DNA from: a virus
Reading direction: 5' to 3' (one strand)
Length of the DNA stretch: 64,000 nt
Virus record (IMG/VR): IMGVR_UViG_3300033144_003327
Coordinates: 1-64,000 of that record
The notes beneath the pieces were generated by a model. That model was given only the letters and a program-made list of their open reading frames with translations, ran no database searches and was not told the origin of the DNA. Of this stretch, positions 47,242 through 58,400 are shown one piece after another. Numbering within the stretch: the stretch's first letter is position 1; each line of letters starts with the position of its first letter. Position numbers and translations under genes: made by a program.

Positions 47242-48027
47242 ATGGGCGACATAATAGATTCGGAAGACAACGAGATACCCGCCAGTCTGGCAAGTGCGAT
47301 TGCGATTGCCACTCTGGTCGAGGGAGCAAGGACTAGCCTTTGGAAGAGACGACTCTCTCAAACCCTGCTGAACGATATGATGGACGCTATCAGAGAATCG
47401 CTGGCAAATGGAGAGAACGTCAGTCAGGCTATTACTCGGGTCGTGGGCGGGAACGTCGAAGGCGTCCCAGTTACCGGAGCCCTTCAGAAGGTTCAACGAC
47501 AGACCTCGACGATAGTCAGCACAGCAATCGCGGCGATCTCAAACGCAGCACGCCTGGCGACGTTTCAGAAGAACACTGATGTCATCAAAGGATTACAACA
47601 GGTCAGCACTCTTGACAACAGGACGAGCAGAATTTGCATCTCGTACAGCGGGCAAGCGTGGGACGTTGAAACTTTGGAGCCCATCCTTGGCTCCACCTTA
47701 CCTTTCAACAACGGACCACCAAGGCACTTCAACTGTCGGTCGACACTCATACCGGTTCTTCGATCCTGGGAAGAGTTAGGCATACCCGTCACATCGTTGT
47801 CAGTTGGTCAACGTGCCAGCATGGATGGCGCACTCCCTGGAAACATCACTCTTGATCAATGGTTGCGAGGTAAGAGCAACCGTTTCCAAGATAACCTATT
47901 AGGACCCGCAAGAGCAAGGTTGTGGAGAGGCGGTAGGATAACGTTGACACAGTTAGTAGACATGCGGGGTAACCCTATGACGTTGGAACAACTAAGAGAC
48001 AAGATTGGGCGTCGGCGTCAAAGATAG
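47242..48027 (+). CDS. head morphogenesis protein (Mu F / SPP1 gp7 family)
   Basis: PPRHFNCRST matches conserved PxxHxNCRC motif of the family. Confidence 0.6.
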   Translation: MGDIIDSEDNEIPASLASAIAIATLVEGARTSLWKRRLSQTLLNDMMDAIRESLANGENVSQAITRVVGGNVEGVPVTGALQKVQRQTSTIVSTAIAAISNAARLATFQKNTDVIKGLQQVSTLDNRTSRICISYSGQAWDVETLEPILGSTLPFNNGPPRHFNCRSTLIPVLRSWEELGIPVTSLSVGQRASMDGALPGNITLDQWLRGKSNRFQDNLLGPARARLWRGGRITLTQLVDMRGNPMTLEQLRDKIGRRRQR

Positions 48028-48090
48028 TTGTATTTCCTGAATCGTATTATGTAAAATCTTTTCAGTCAGCGAGAAGCTGTCTCGGCAATT

Positions 48091-48930
48091 ATGGAGGGAA
48101 TCCTTATGCCACTTGAAGCCACAGTTAGTTCATTAGAAGGTTTGAGCGAAGAAGTCTCACAACTCTACTCCGAGAAGGAGGGAGGAGGTTTCCAGCTTGC
48201 ATTACTGTCCAACTATGTCAGCAAAGAGGACGTTGAAGACACAGGTGGATTGAAATCAGCTCTTACTAAAGAACGTGATAACGTTCGAGAGTTGACAAGA
48301 AAGAACCAAGCGATATCGGAAAAGTTCGCTGGGTTCGACGTTGAAGAATTCAACGAGATGAAGAAGCATCAGCAAGACGCTGAAGAAGCTGAATCTGAAA
48401 AGAAAGGTGAATGGGACAAACTGAGGGATCAGATGCGTACCCAACAGAACGAAGCACTCGGTAAAAAGGACACCGAGATTGTTCGTTTGAAAAAGGAATT
48501 AGAGCGTCATTTAATCGACGCTCAAGCCACCGGGGCTATAAACGAGGAGGATGGAAACGTGATGCTTCTACTTCCACATGTTAAGTCTCTGGTGAAGCTG
48601 GTTGAAGAGGACGGGGCCTACAAGCCCCAAGTCGTAGACGCCTCCGGTAGCCCACGGGTAGATGCCGATGGTAATCCTCTTTCAATTAAGGCCCTGGTTA
48701 GCGAGATGCGAACCCAGGATGGTTTTGCAGGAGCCTTTAAAGGCACCGGTGCCGCAGGTGGTGGGACACCCCCAGCGGATGGTGGCGAAGGGAATTCTGC
48801 AGCCAACGGTGGTGGGACGCCTCCGGGAAACAGTGTCGAAGGAAAGCCGCGTTCAACGATGTCGCCACGCGAAAAGGTGGATTACATCAACGAACATGGC
48901 AACGACAAGTTTATGGCGTTGCCCGATTAG
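48091..48930 (+). CDS. scaffolding protein
   Basis: coiled-coil Glu/Lys-rich 279 aa between MuF-like and capsid genes, Gly-rich C-terminus. Confidence 0.5.
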   Translation: MEGILMPLEATVSSLEGLSEEVSQLYSEKEGGGFQLALLSNYVSKEDVEDTGGLKSALTKERDNVRELTRKNQAISEKFAGFDVEEFNEMKKHQQDAEEAESEKKGEWDKLRDQMRTQQNEALGKKDTEIVRLKKELERHLIDAQATGAINEEDGNVMLLLPHVKSLVKLVEEDGAYKPQVVDASGSPRVDADGNPLSIKALVSEMRTQDGFAGAFKGTGAAGGGTPPADGGEGNSAANGGGTPPGNSVEGKPRSTMSPREKVDYINEHGNDKFMALPD

Positions 48931-48973
48931 CTTTCCTTCATAGATTTTTATCTGAGTCTAGGAGGACTTAACC

Positions 48974-50029
48974 ATGCCAGCAGGTGGACGTCAACAGTGG
49001 GCCGGCAGCGGTGCCGCTGGTCATTTACCCCAAGGTCTTATCTACCCGGAGCTCGTACATTCCGGCCTAAGTGAAACTTTGGTCCAAAACACAGATGCCT
49101 TTAACGAAGCATCTCGCAACACGATTCGTCTTGTCACGTCAAGACGTCGCGGTGACTTTGCTCAAGAGTCATTCTTCAAGAACGTCAGTAACATTGTCCA
49201 GCGCAGGCTGGTCAGTTCTACGTCTCCTGAGAATCAGGCCGCAACGCCTTCCAACGTGCCGATGGACGAGCACATCTCAGTCAAGCTGAACCGACGTATC
49301 GGTCCTATTGACCAGACGTTCGATTCGTTCCGCAAACTCGGTGATGACGTTGACCTGGAAGTTTTATCCTTCCTGCTCGGCGGACAGATCGCGAAAGCGG
49401 TACAGGTCGATCAGCTGGAGGCTGGACTCACTGCATTGGTTGCCGCACTTAGCAATCAGGCAGGCGTGCTCGTTGATATCGGACCTGGCGCTTCACCACA
49501 GGCTACTATCCAGACCACGACTCTTGTCGACGGTTTGAATACGTTCGGTGACGCAGCAGGTCGTATCAGTATGTGGGTGATGCACTCAAAGGTGTATTTT
49601 GATCTTGTCAAAGAACAGATCAACGCCAACATCGACGGCGTGTCAAACTTCAACGTGGCGCAGGCTACGCCAATCACGTTGAATCGCCCAGTGCTTGTTA
49701 CTGACAGCGCAGCATTGATTGCCGCTGCACCGGTAGTGTCTCCGGACGTTGGTGCAAGGTACATCACGCTTGGCCTAACCGAAAACGCCGTTACGCTTGA
49801 AGACAGCGAAGAAGAGCTGTTGTATACGGACGTTATCACAGGTAACGAAAATATCGTTGCTCGTCTGCAAGGTGAGTTCGCTTACAATGTAGGCTGCAAG
49901 GGCTTCCGATATGATCCGGCCAACGGCGGCGTTAACCCTGATGATACGGCGCTCGGAACAGGCACCAACTGGGATGTTGTCATGGACAGCACGAAAGATC
50001 TCGGTGGTTGCGTAATCCGTACGCTCTAA
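48974..50029 (+). CDS. major capsid protein (tentative)
   Basis: 351 aa following scaffold, followed by strong terminator; RBS CTAGGAGGACTTAACCATG. Confidence 0.5.
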   Translation: MPAGGRQQWAGSGAAGHLPQGLIYPELVHSGLSETLVQNTDAFNEASRNTIRLVTSRRRGDFAQESFFKNVSNIVQRRLVSSTSPENQAATPSNVPMDEHISVKLNRRIGPIDQTFDSFRKLGDDVDLEVLSFLLGGQIAKAVQVDQLEAGLTALVAALSNQAGVLVDIGPGASPQATIQTTTLVDGLNTFGDAAGRISMWVMHSKVYFDLVKEQINANIDGVSNFNVAQATPITLNRPVLVTDSAALIAAAPVVSPDVGARYITLGLTENAVTLEDSEEELLYTDVITGNENIVARLQGEFAYNVGCKGFRYDPANGGVNPDDTALGTGTNWDVVMDSTKDLGGCVIRTL

Positions 50030-50046
50030 ACAGCAGAGGGAGAAGT

Positions 50047-50076
50047 AAGGGGTGAGGCAACTCACCCCTTCTCTTT
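50047..50076 (+). terminator. intrinsic terminator after capsid gene
   Basis: perfect 10-bp stem AAGGGGTGAG/CTCACCCCTT, loop GCAA, then CTCTTT. Confidence 0.55.
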
Positions 50077-50095
50077 AGACAATGAGGTATTAGAA

Positions 50096-50683
50096 ATGGC
50101 TGAAGGAAAACCAGTAGAACAACCAGCATCCGTTATCTACTTTCGTGAAGACAGTGGAACAATGGCCAAGGGCCTTGGTTTACGTATAAGAGATCAAGGT
50201 GCTCTCACAAGGCTCGTTTGGGCACACCTGTTCAAAGGACCAGACCAAATAATTGACAACGCAGGCGCTGTCGTTATTGAAACCGCTGCTCCCAACGCGT
50301 CATTGATTGCTAGAAGCTACGAACGATTTGCCCACGATGTGGAGATACACTATGTTGACTCAGACGGAAAATTTGTCGAAGAACCCGATAATATCAGAGA
50401 AGAACGTCGAGCCAACTCCGTTATTCAAACGGATACCATCGTCGATCCCAAAGCGGCACTCGCTAGTCTTGCAGCCGCGGAGCCAGAACCTGAGCCTGAG
50501 CCTGATCCACCAAAATTCGAACCAGCGAACGAGCAAGATCCTGCTGGTGAGGTCAGCGGCGAAGATGGTCCATCCGAACCTGAAGTCAGTGATACAGTTG
50601 GGGGTGACGGGGTCAGTGAAGGAACTGAACACGATAGCGGAGTACGTAGCGAAGAGGTTCCGTCGACCAACGATAGCGATTGA
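50096..50683 (+). CDS. hypothetical virion-module protein with acidic Pro/Glu-rich tail
   Basis: 195 aa; AAAEPEPEPEPDPPKFEP low-complexity C-terminus. Confidence 0.3.
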   Translation: MAEGKPVEQPASVIYFREDSGTMAKGLGLRIRDQGALTRLVWAHLFKGPDQIIDNAGAVVIETAAPNASLIARSYERFAHDVEIHYVDSDGKFVEEPDNIREERRANSVIQTDTIVDPKAALASLAAAEPEPEPEPDPPKFEPANEQDPAGEVSGEDGPSEPEVSDTVGGDGVSEGTEHDSGVRSEEVPSTNDSD

Positions 50684-51052
50684 TTCGTTCGAAGGGTTTG
50701 AATCATCTGTACTTGACGGGAAGAATATAGCGACGCGGGGCCACTACCGTACCCCGCCGTCGGTTCACTCATTCGTAGAGTTGAGAAAAAACCTTCCCGA
50801 AATCGTTGATCCTATAGCCTTCGTGCATATCTGGAATCAGAGTTTAATCGAAAATCTGGTGCCTTATTTCGATCACATCGTTGATGACACCGTTGTTGTC
50901 GGTAGCATTGACGCACTGCAAGAGTTGGGTGAGAAGGCAAATCTTGAATATAGACCATTGTGCTATTTCAATGAATTTGTTGCTGTCAGAGTAATCTCGT
51001 CGTAGACTTAGGTTGATGACTATGTCGTCAGAAAAAGCCAAGAGGTATTGTC

Positions 51053-51334
51053 ATGAAAACTGAATTTTCTGCGTATAAAGAATTGGTTCTCGATGAAGAT
51101 GAGAACGGCGGGACCTGGATCGGTCGTATTTACAAACGAAAGGGTCCGGCTACAATGCTCGCCACCGCAAGTGGTAGCGCGAAAGATTTAGAAGCGGCAA
51201 GAGACGCCGCAGTAGAATGGGCTGACGCGGAACTTGAGAAGTACCGTATCGCGCCGGCACCAGTATCGTCCTTGGACGCTAAGAGGGCAAAGAGCGGTCG
51301 AGATATTGTCGGCATAATTCGTAAGACATTTTAA
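51053..51334 (+). CDS. hypothetical protein
   Basis: 93 aa. Confidence 0.3.
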   Translation: MKTEFSAYKELVLDEDENGGTWIGRIYKRKGPATMLATASGSAKDLEAARDAAVEWADAELEKYRIAPAPVSSLDAKRAKSGRDIVGIIRKTF

Positions 51335-51346
51335 CGAGGGAAGATC

Positions 51347-51781
51347 ATGGCTTTAGGATTCACAGCAGTATTACAACGCAACAGGCTGGATGAAATCACA
51401 GCCTTGATTAACGCAGTCGCAGATGGTTTGATTCGCATCTACAGCAATGGCAGACCGCTGAACGCAGACACTGCGATCACAGTCCCATCTCCGTTGCCTG
51501 TGCTATTGGCTGAACTGACGTTCGCCACCGCGAGTTTCCCGGCAGCATCGGGCACTCCAGGATCGATGACGGCCAACGCCATCGCGCCGGACACTTCGGC
51601 GGATGCGACAGGTGTCGCCACGTGGTTTAGGGTCAGCGATTCATCTGGCGCAGCCGTGTTTGACGGCGACGCGGGTATCGCTGGTTCGCCAACACCTGAC
51701 CTGGTCTTGAACTCCGCAACCATTAACTCTGGTGTGCAGGTTTCAATCAGCTCATTTGTTATAACCGCTGGTAACCAGTAA
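51347..51781 (+). CDS. hypothetical structural protein
   Basis: 144 aa Ala/Ser/Thr-rich. Confidence 0.3.
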   Translation: MALGFTAVLQRNRLDEITALINAVADGLIRIYSNGRPLNADTAITVPSPLPVLLAELTFATASFPAASGTPGSMTANAIAPDTSADATGVATWFRVSDSSGAAVFDGDAGIAGSPTPDLVLNSATINSGVQVSISSFVITAGNQ

Positions 51782-51791
51782 GAATTAGGAC

Positions 51792-51826
51792 GGCGCGCTT
51801 CATCTGGAGCGCGCCTCCTTTCAATT
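51792..51826 (+). terminator. hairpin terminator
   Basis: GGCGCGCT-tcatctgg-AGCGCGCC then TCCTTTCAATT. Confidence 0.45.
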
Positions 51827-51867
51827 CGCCTCTTGGCGTTGCCTCTAGGTGACACAGGAGGTTTGGA

Positions 51868-52149
51868 ATGCCCTGTTCCGGGAATTCAAGTGATCATTGC
51901 TGTTGGGTCAGCGGCAACCCGTGTGCGTTGCTCATAGAAAATCACGTAGATGAAACGGGCTACCTTCGCAGGTGGGCTTGTTCGCTGCGGGCCAAACTAG
52001 GCAATTGGGATGATGTAATCGTGCATCCGGATTATTTAGAAGCAACCAAAGGTGCGTGGACTAACGGCCTGAACTGTCGTGATTGGCCTGATGGTGAAGG
52101 TGCGAACCACGGCACCTGTGAGGATATGCGTTGCAGGGTGATTAGCTGA
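51868..52149 (+). CDS. Cys-rich small protein (9 Cys/93 aa)
   Basis: MPCSGNSSDHCCW...CALL...CSL...CRDW...CEDMRC. Confidence 0.3.
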   Translation: MPCSGNSSDHCCWVSGNPCALLIENHVDETGYLRRWACSLRAKLGNWDDVIVHPDYLEATKGAWTNGLNCRDWPDGEGANHGTCEDMRCRVIS

Positions 52150-53663
52150 TGGCTTTTTTTGACATCACAGTAACAGCCCAATCCGGACGCGCCGCCGGTA
52201 ACACTGGTAGCAGTAGTTTTTCTGAGCCGGGTGATTTTGATGGCGCGACGATTGACAGTGTCGCTATTATTGGCTCCCCTAACACTGTCACTTCTGATGG
52301 TGTTACCGACGATACCATAGGTGTTCGTTTCTGGATTGAAACAACTGGCGGTGGCGCAGATGTTTACGGCAGTAGCGGTTCGGATGCTGCATCCCTTTGC
52401 TTTGCTTCAGTAGGAGATTCAGCTTCTAGTGACATTATAACAGATGGAGCATCACCCAGCCCCGGTCCAACTATTGCAGTCGGAGCAGATTGGACCCGCG
52501 TAGGTTTCGCAATTAACTACAGCGCCAACATGAAGGATGATGGCGAGACTGTCTCTTGGTCAGCCTTCACCATCCGCGTTACTTATACCCCGATTCCTCC
52601 ACCAGACCTTCAGCAAGAACACTATCGTTTCGCTACGCCTATTACTGGCGCTGCGCATGAAGCATGGACGCTGGTTGGTAGTGAAGATACTAGTTTTGAG
52701 ATTGTTCTGGATGATGATTATGCGCTGATTGTTAAGCTAGGAAATGACGGGTCCGCCTCCGGCTTTCAAGGTTGGCAACTTGAATACAATGTTGATGGTG
52801 GTGGGTGGAATGCTGTCATTGATTCATCTAGCAATGTCCGTCTCACGGCATCTGGCGATGTAGATGGCGCGTTATCTGGGACTGAACGATTAACAGCATC
52901 AGCAAGAACTTTTCAGGCTAGCATCTTAGAAGAATTCGGCGGTGCCGCACTATCCTCAATATCAAACGCTGATAGTGACGTTGAACGTTACTATGCAATA
53001 ACGTTCCGCTCAGTGGACTTGAGTGGTGGGGAATCAATCCAGTTCAGAGTTACGACAACGGAGTCGGTCACTTATGACATAACGCCGACCGCAACTGTCC
53101 CGGGCGGCGTACACACCGTCACCGTCTCTGGCACAATCACAGAGAACCTATCCCCGGCTGGCTCATTGGAATCGCAAGTCCTTGGAAGTCCCGAACTCAC
53201 GATTATCCTGACGTTAGATGGCACGACGTGGGTCCCTGCAAGCGGCTCGCCGAACTTTGATGACAATCGACAGGCAATCATTGACGGCTTTGATTCGGAT
53301 GGCATAGAGAAACGAGGATGGAACACCGAGATTCGCGATGCATTAAACGTCGCGAACGTCGTGCGAACGTCTGACACTGTCGTCACGATCACGCTGGACG
53401 CGACAGATATCGGTGATTATTCGATCATCACTGACGAGACAATCACCTTCACACTTGAGCCATCAACACACATAGACGCAAGCGCATCCCCGTTCGACAC
53501 TGGTGTACCTCCGTTCACGATCACCGCAGAATGCAGTGAAGTGCTCCCGCCCGATGCTATAGTCACACAGCAAAACCTGTCCGGTGTCGTTGGCGACATC
53601 GACGAACCAGTCGTGTCCCCGGAAGGCTCCGACTGGTTAATTTTCGATCCACCTCCACTGTAG
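52149..53663 (+). CDS. structural protein (fibre/decoration-like), 504 aa
   Basis: Thr/Ser/Gly/Asp-rich, beta-rich composition. Confidence 0.4.
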   Translation: MAFFDITVTAQSGRAAGNTGSSSFSEPGDFDGATIDSVAIIGSPNTVTSDGVTDDTIGVRFWIETTGGGADVYGSSGSDAASLCFASVGDSASSDIITDGASPSPGPTIAVGADWTRVGFAINYSANMKDDGETVSWSAFTIRVTYTPIPPPDLQQEHYRFATPITGAAHEAWTLVGSEDTSFEIVLDDDYALIVKLGNDGSASGFQGWQLEYNVDGGGWNAVIDSSSNVRLTASGDVDGALSGTERLTASARTFQASILEEFGGAALSSISNADSDVERYYAITFRSVDLSGGESIQFRVTTTESVTYDITPTATVPGGVHTVTVSGTITENLSPAGSLESQVLGSPELTIILTLDGTTWVPASGSPNFDDNRQAIIDGFDSDGIEKRGWNTEIRDALNVANVVRTSDTVVTITLDATDIGDYSIITDETITFTLEPSTHIDASASPFDTGVPPFTITAECSEVLPPDAIVTQQNLSGVVGDIDEPVVSPEGSDWLIFDPPPL

Positions 53664-53672
53664 GAAATTAAA

Positions 53673-53978
53673 ATGGCTTTCAAGGTCGAGAGAGAAAACA
53701 CAAGACTCCAAGACATCCAAGTCGGTGCGCAGAACTACAACACAGGCGAGCAGGCGTTCCGAGCGGCTATGGGGAACATGACCAAGTTCATCACTGATCA
53801 TTGGGATGCGGCGAACGGCATCGCCAATCGTGACGGTCCGATGAACGACGCGAAGTTCAAGGTCTACGTTAACCGACGTCCGGGAACGGCAGAGATAAAC
53901 CTGCGTTATGACTACGGTTTCGGATCTCCTGAAGTGTGGGAAACGAATAACATCTTTTGGCGGATCCTTGAGGTTTAA
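53673..53978 (+). CDS. hypothetical protein
   Basis: 101 aa. Confidence 0.3.
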   Translation: MAFKVERENTRLQDIQVGAQNYNTGEQAFRAAMGNMTKFITDHWDAANGIANRDGPMNDAKFKVYVNRRPGTAEINLRYDYGFGSPEVWETNNIFWRILEV

Positions 53979-53981
53979 GTC

Positions 53982-55460
53982 ATGCCAATTTTAGATATCA
54001 TACGGACAGTAGGTGATCGTGTAGCCAGCACTGCTTCAGGTTGGGTGAGAACACACGCGATCGGCATCGGCGGAAACACTGTGCATTCTGACGGCACAGC
54101 AGAATTTTTCTGTATTACGACGGGAATTTTCGGTGGGGACAGCACTGTCACAAATGATTACGAACTGGTGCTGCGGGATGGCGACACCGACATTGAACAC
54201 ACAAGATGTTTGTTGGAACCTCCAGTGGCAAGCACCACTTTTCTCGGGGCACATTATGCCTTCGGGACGAAAATTACAAAATTGCGGACGTCGCCGCGGA
54301 CGTCGCCGCTTCCTGATATCGCATTGTGGATGAGAGTATCGACAGCTGATCGAGTTGCAAGCTGTGTGGTTGACTCGTGGCTCATTCCACTTGATGATTT
54401 AGTAGAGGGGCAAGACTGGTTGTCAGCTGAAACCTCCCCAGTAGGGAACGCGCCTCAAACATACACAGACGGGGCAAGCATACAATTGCCGGGGGGCATC
54501 TCTCCCGAAGACGATTGGGTCATTTTTGCTACAACACATTGGCTTGTTGATAGCACAAACGCTGATATGTCAATGAGAATAGTTGACGGTGACGAGTCTC
54601 CGGAGGGGCATCACACAGAGGCGCGTTTTGAAGGCGAGGACACCAGTAATCAGCATTCTTTCATGACCACAAAACTCACGAAAGGATCTCCGGCAGGATC
54701 TCCGGAGAAAGTGGTTAAAGTTCAATATAAAAATAGTGCGAATAACAATGATTGCGACCACACAGAAATCTTCGCGCTACGATTGAATATATTCAAAAAT
54801 TACATGATAGATCAGACCGCTGTTGGCGCACCGTTGAACACGTTTGGTGGACCGTTCAGTCCAACGCCTCCAGATGCAGACCCACTTGTCACTGAGTTCG
54901 ATATAGTCGGCATTACAGCGAGCCCGGATACGCAATTTATGACGATGGCTTTTGGAAGATTCACGGGCACTGACGACAATAATCAAAGAGAAATCCTGTC
55001 GCGAGTTTTCGACCAGATCGGTTCTCCCAGTCGTGCGGCACAATCGCCCTATTCATTAGAACTCTCGCCGCAACATTTTCAATCAGCTGGTGACTTCACT
55101 ATTGGACAGATGGGAAATAACGCCAGTACTGAACTGCATCCGGTGTTTAAAATAAGTCGTAAAGATTCTTTGGATTCCGGGCAGTTTGATCAGACACTGA
55201 CGACGATGTCCGTTCCGAGTGTCGCTAATGTCGGCGATCCCGTCGCGGAAGATGTTGATTTTTGGCATTGCACGTTCGGTCGTGAGCTTGCAGAAGGCGT
55301 CCCGTCTCCACAATCTCCGCAGGGCGGCGGCGGATCCCCAACGCCTGTATCCCTCACCTCTGACGACTTCCGTTTCAGAGAGAACGACGGCAGCGAGTCA
55401 GCCGCAACGTGGATCGCAGCGCAGGACACTGACATCACGAGGCCGCAGGGGCAAACGTAA
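53982..55460 (+). CDS. structural protein, 492 aa
   Basis: ATGA-coupled to giant repeat gene. Confidence 0.4.
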   Translation: MPILDIIRTVGDRVASTASGWVRTHAIGIGGNTVHSDGTAEFFCITTGIFGGDSTVTNDYELVLRDGDTDIEHTRCLLEPPVASTTFLGAHYAFGTKITKLRTSPRTSPLPDIALWMRVSTADRVASCVVDSWLIPLDDLVEGQDWLSAETSPVGNAPQTYTDGASIQLPGGISPEDDWVIFATTHWLVDSTNADMSMRIVDGDESPEGHHTEARFEGEDTSNQHSFMTTKLTKGSPAGSPEKVVKVQYKNSANNNDCDHTEIFALRLNIFKNYMIDQTAVGAPLNTFGGPFSPTPPDADPLVTEFDIVGITASPDTQFMTMAFGRFTGTDDNNQREILSRVFDQIGSPSRAAQSPYSLELSPQHFQSAGDFTIGQMGNNASTELHPVFKISRKDSLDSGQFDQTLTTMSVPSVANVGDPVAEDVDFWHCTFGRELAEGVPSPQSPQGGGGSPTPVSLTSDDFRFRENDGSESAATWIAAQDTDITRPQGQT

Positions 55461-58400
55461 TGGCCGCTGATACCTTTTTCCGGTTACGCATAGGCGTCCG
55501 CAACGACGGCGGAGCGATAGACCAGACGTATACGTTGCAAGTGAGCGACGATGTTGGTGGCAGTTGGACGGATGTAACCGACTCTTCGGACACTTGTCGA
55601 TTGGTAGCAGTCGGATCCCCGGCGTACTTCGCAGACCTTGATGCAACGACAGAACAGCTCGCAGGATCGGGAACATTCATCGCGGGTGAGATGATCGAGG
55701 GCACCGGTACGGCTGTCACCAGTTCGGTACTCCTGCAACTCGGCGAAGAGACAGAATTCGAATTTTTGCTGGAGGCGCACAACAACATACAAGGCGCGAC
55801 GCTCTCATTTCGTTTGGTGGGAAGTGTAACGTCTCCGATAGCGGTGCCACAGACAGTTGTCCCGGACTACACGATCGACAGCAGTGCCGCAGAGACAATC
55901 TGTGATGTATCTTTCCCGACACCGGCTGTTGCGCCGTACTTTGAAAGTGATTCACCCGAAACGCCGAAACAGGTGTTCAAATGGGAGCTGCGAAAAGATA
56001 GTCTGAACTCGGGCACCGGAACACCGACTGCTGATTTCTTCCTGTATGAAGGCGGCGTACTTCGGGAGACATTAACGCAGGGCGTTTCAATAACCGATGC
56101 CGTGCGGCAGATCGTGACAGTCACATGGGATGCGAAAAACCTTGTTGATCCTACAGGCGCAGATGTTGAAGCCCGGATGCGTGGCAACGTCGGCGGGAGT
56201 GGCGTTCAACAAAGAACCGTTGAAGTTGGCGCCGTTGAGTGGTGTGTAGAGCACGCCTTACCGACAGCGAATGTCACTGGCACCGTCAACGTAACGCTCG
56301 GCGACGATACGCTTGCCGCATCCGGTGATCGGTCATTCCTTGGCACTGTTGCAGTAACGCTGGGTGATGACACCCTAGTCGCAGCGGGCGGAATTGAAGT
56401 TTCAGGATCCGTTGCCGTAACGCTTGGCGACGACACTCTCGTCGCAGCAGGGACGCCAGAGATAATTGGCACCGTCGCTGTAACCGAAGGTGATGACACC
56501 CTCGCGGGCGCGGGCGAGCTTGAATACATCGGCACCGTCGCAGCAACCCTCGGAGATGACACGCTGGTTGCGGCTGGCGAGCTGGAAGTATCCGGCACCG
56601 TCGCAGCGACAACGTTAGACGATACTCTCGCGGGCGCGGGCGAACAAGACAACCGTGGAACAGTAGCGTCCACAACGTTAGATGATACGCTTGCCGCAAC
56701 AGCCATCGCCGCGATTACCGGAACCGTCGCAGCAACAACGTTAGACGACACGCTAGTCGCTACTGGTGCACAAGACAATCAAGGAACCGTCGCAGCAACA
56801 ACGTTAGACGACACGCTCGTAGCTTCGGCCGAACAAGACAACCGCGGAACCGTTGCAACGACAACGTTAGACGACACGCTAGTCGCCGCCGCGTCAACGG
56901 GAGACGTAACCGGAACCGTTGCAACGACAACGTTAGACGACACGCTCGTTGGATCAGCTGAGCAAGACAACCGCGCAACAGTCGCAGCGACAACGCTAGA
57001 TGACACGCTAGTCGCCGCCGGTCTCACTGGTGATATACTCGGTACCGTTGCAGCGACGACTCTCGATGACACGCTTGTCGCGGCAGGTGAGCAAGACAAC
57101 CGCGCAACAGTCGCAGCGACAACGTTAGACGACACGCTTGTCGCAGCCGGTGACATTGAAGTCGTCGGCGATGTTGACGTCAATCTTGATGCCACCGAAG
57201 GTGATGACACGCTTGTCGCAGCCGGTGATCTTGAATATGTAGGTACTGTCGCAACAACGACGTTAGACGATATTCTTGTCGCCGCAGCCGAACAAGACAA
57301 CCGTGGAACAGTAGCGTCCACAACGTTAGACGACACGCTCGCCGCTGCCGGTGCAATAGAAGTTGACGGCACGGTCGCAGTTACCCTGGGCGACGACACT
57401 CTTGTCGCAGCCGGTGACGTAGCTTCAGAGACCACTGGAACAGTCGCAACCACGACCCTTGACGACACTCTTGTCGCTTCTGGTGAACAAGACAACCGCG
57501 GAACAGTCGCAGCGACGACGTTAGACGATATTCTTGTCGCAGCCGGGTTGACAGGTGACGTAACAGGTACCGGTAGTGTTACATTAGGTGACGACACGCT
57601 CGTCGCTTCTGGTGAACAAGACAACCGCGGTACCGTTGCAGCGACGACGTTAGACGATACGCTTGCGGCGACCGGTAGTGTTGATGTCGTCGGTGACGTA
57701 GACGTCAATCTTGATGCTACTGAAGGCGACGACACGCTCGTTGCCGCTGGTGACCTTGAATACGTAGGTTCTAGTGCAGTCACATTAGGTGATGATACTC
57801 TTGTCGCAGCCGGTGCCCTTGAATACATCGGCACCGTTGCATCCACGACCCTTGACGATACTCTCGCGGCCGCAGGATTGACAGGAGACATACTCGGTAC
57901 CGTCAGCGTAACGTTGGGTGATGATACTCTTGTCGCTTCGGCTGAACAAGACAACCGGGGTACTGTCGCAGCGACAACGCTAGACGATACTCTAGTCGCA
58001 GCTGGTGTTAACGGGACTGATGCGACAGTCGCAGCGACGTTGGGTGACGACACACTCGCGGGTGCCGCCGAACAAGACAACCGCGGAACAGTCGCAGCGA
58101 CAACGCTAGACGATACTCTAGTCGCAGCTGGTGAACAAGACAACCGGGGTACTGTCGCAGCGACAACGCTAGACGATACTCTAGTCGCTTCTGGTACAAC
58201 GGGTGACGTGACTGGCACCGCTAGTGTCACGTTAGGTGACGACACGCTCGCCGGATCAGCCGAACAAGACAACCGGGGTACTGTCGCAGCGACATTAGGT
58301 GATGACACTCTCGTCTCCGACGGTGACGTTGAAGTCGTCGGCGATATTGACGTCGATCTCGATGCTACTGAAGGCGATGATACTCTTGTCGCAGTCGGCG

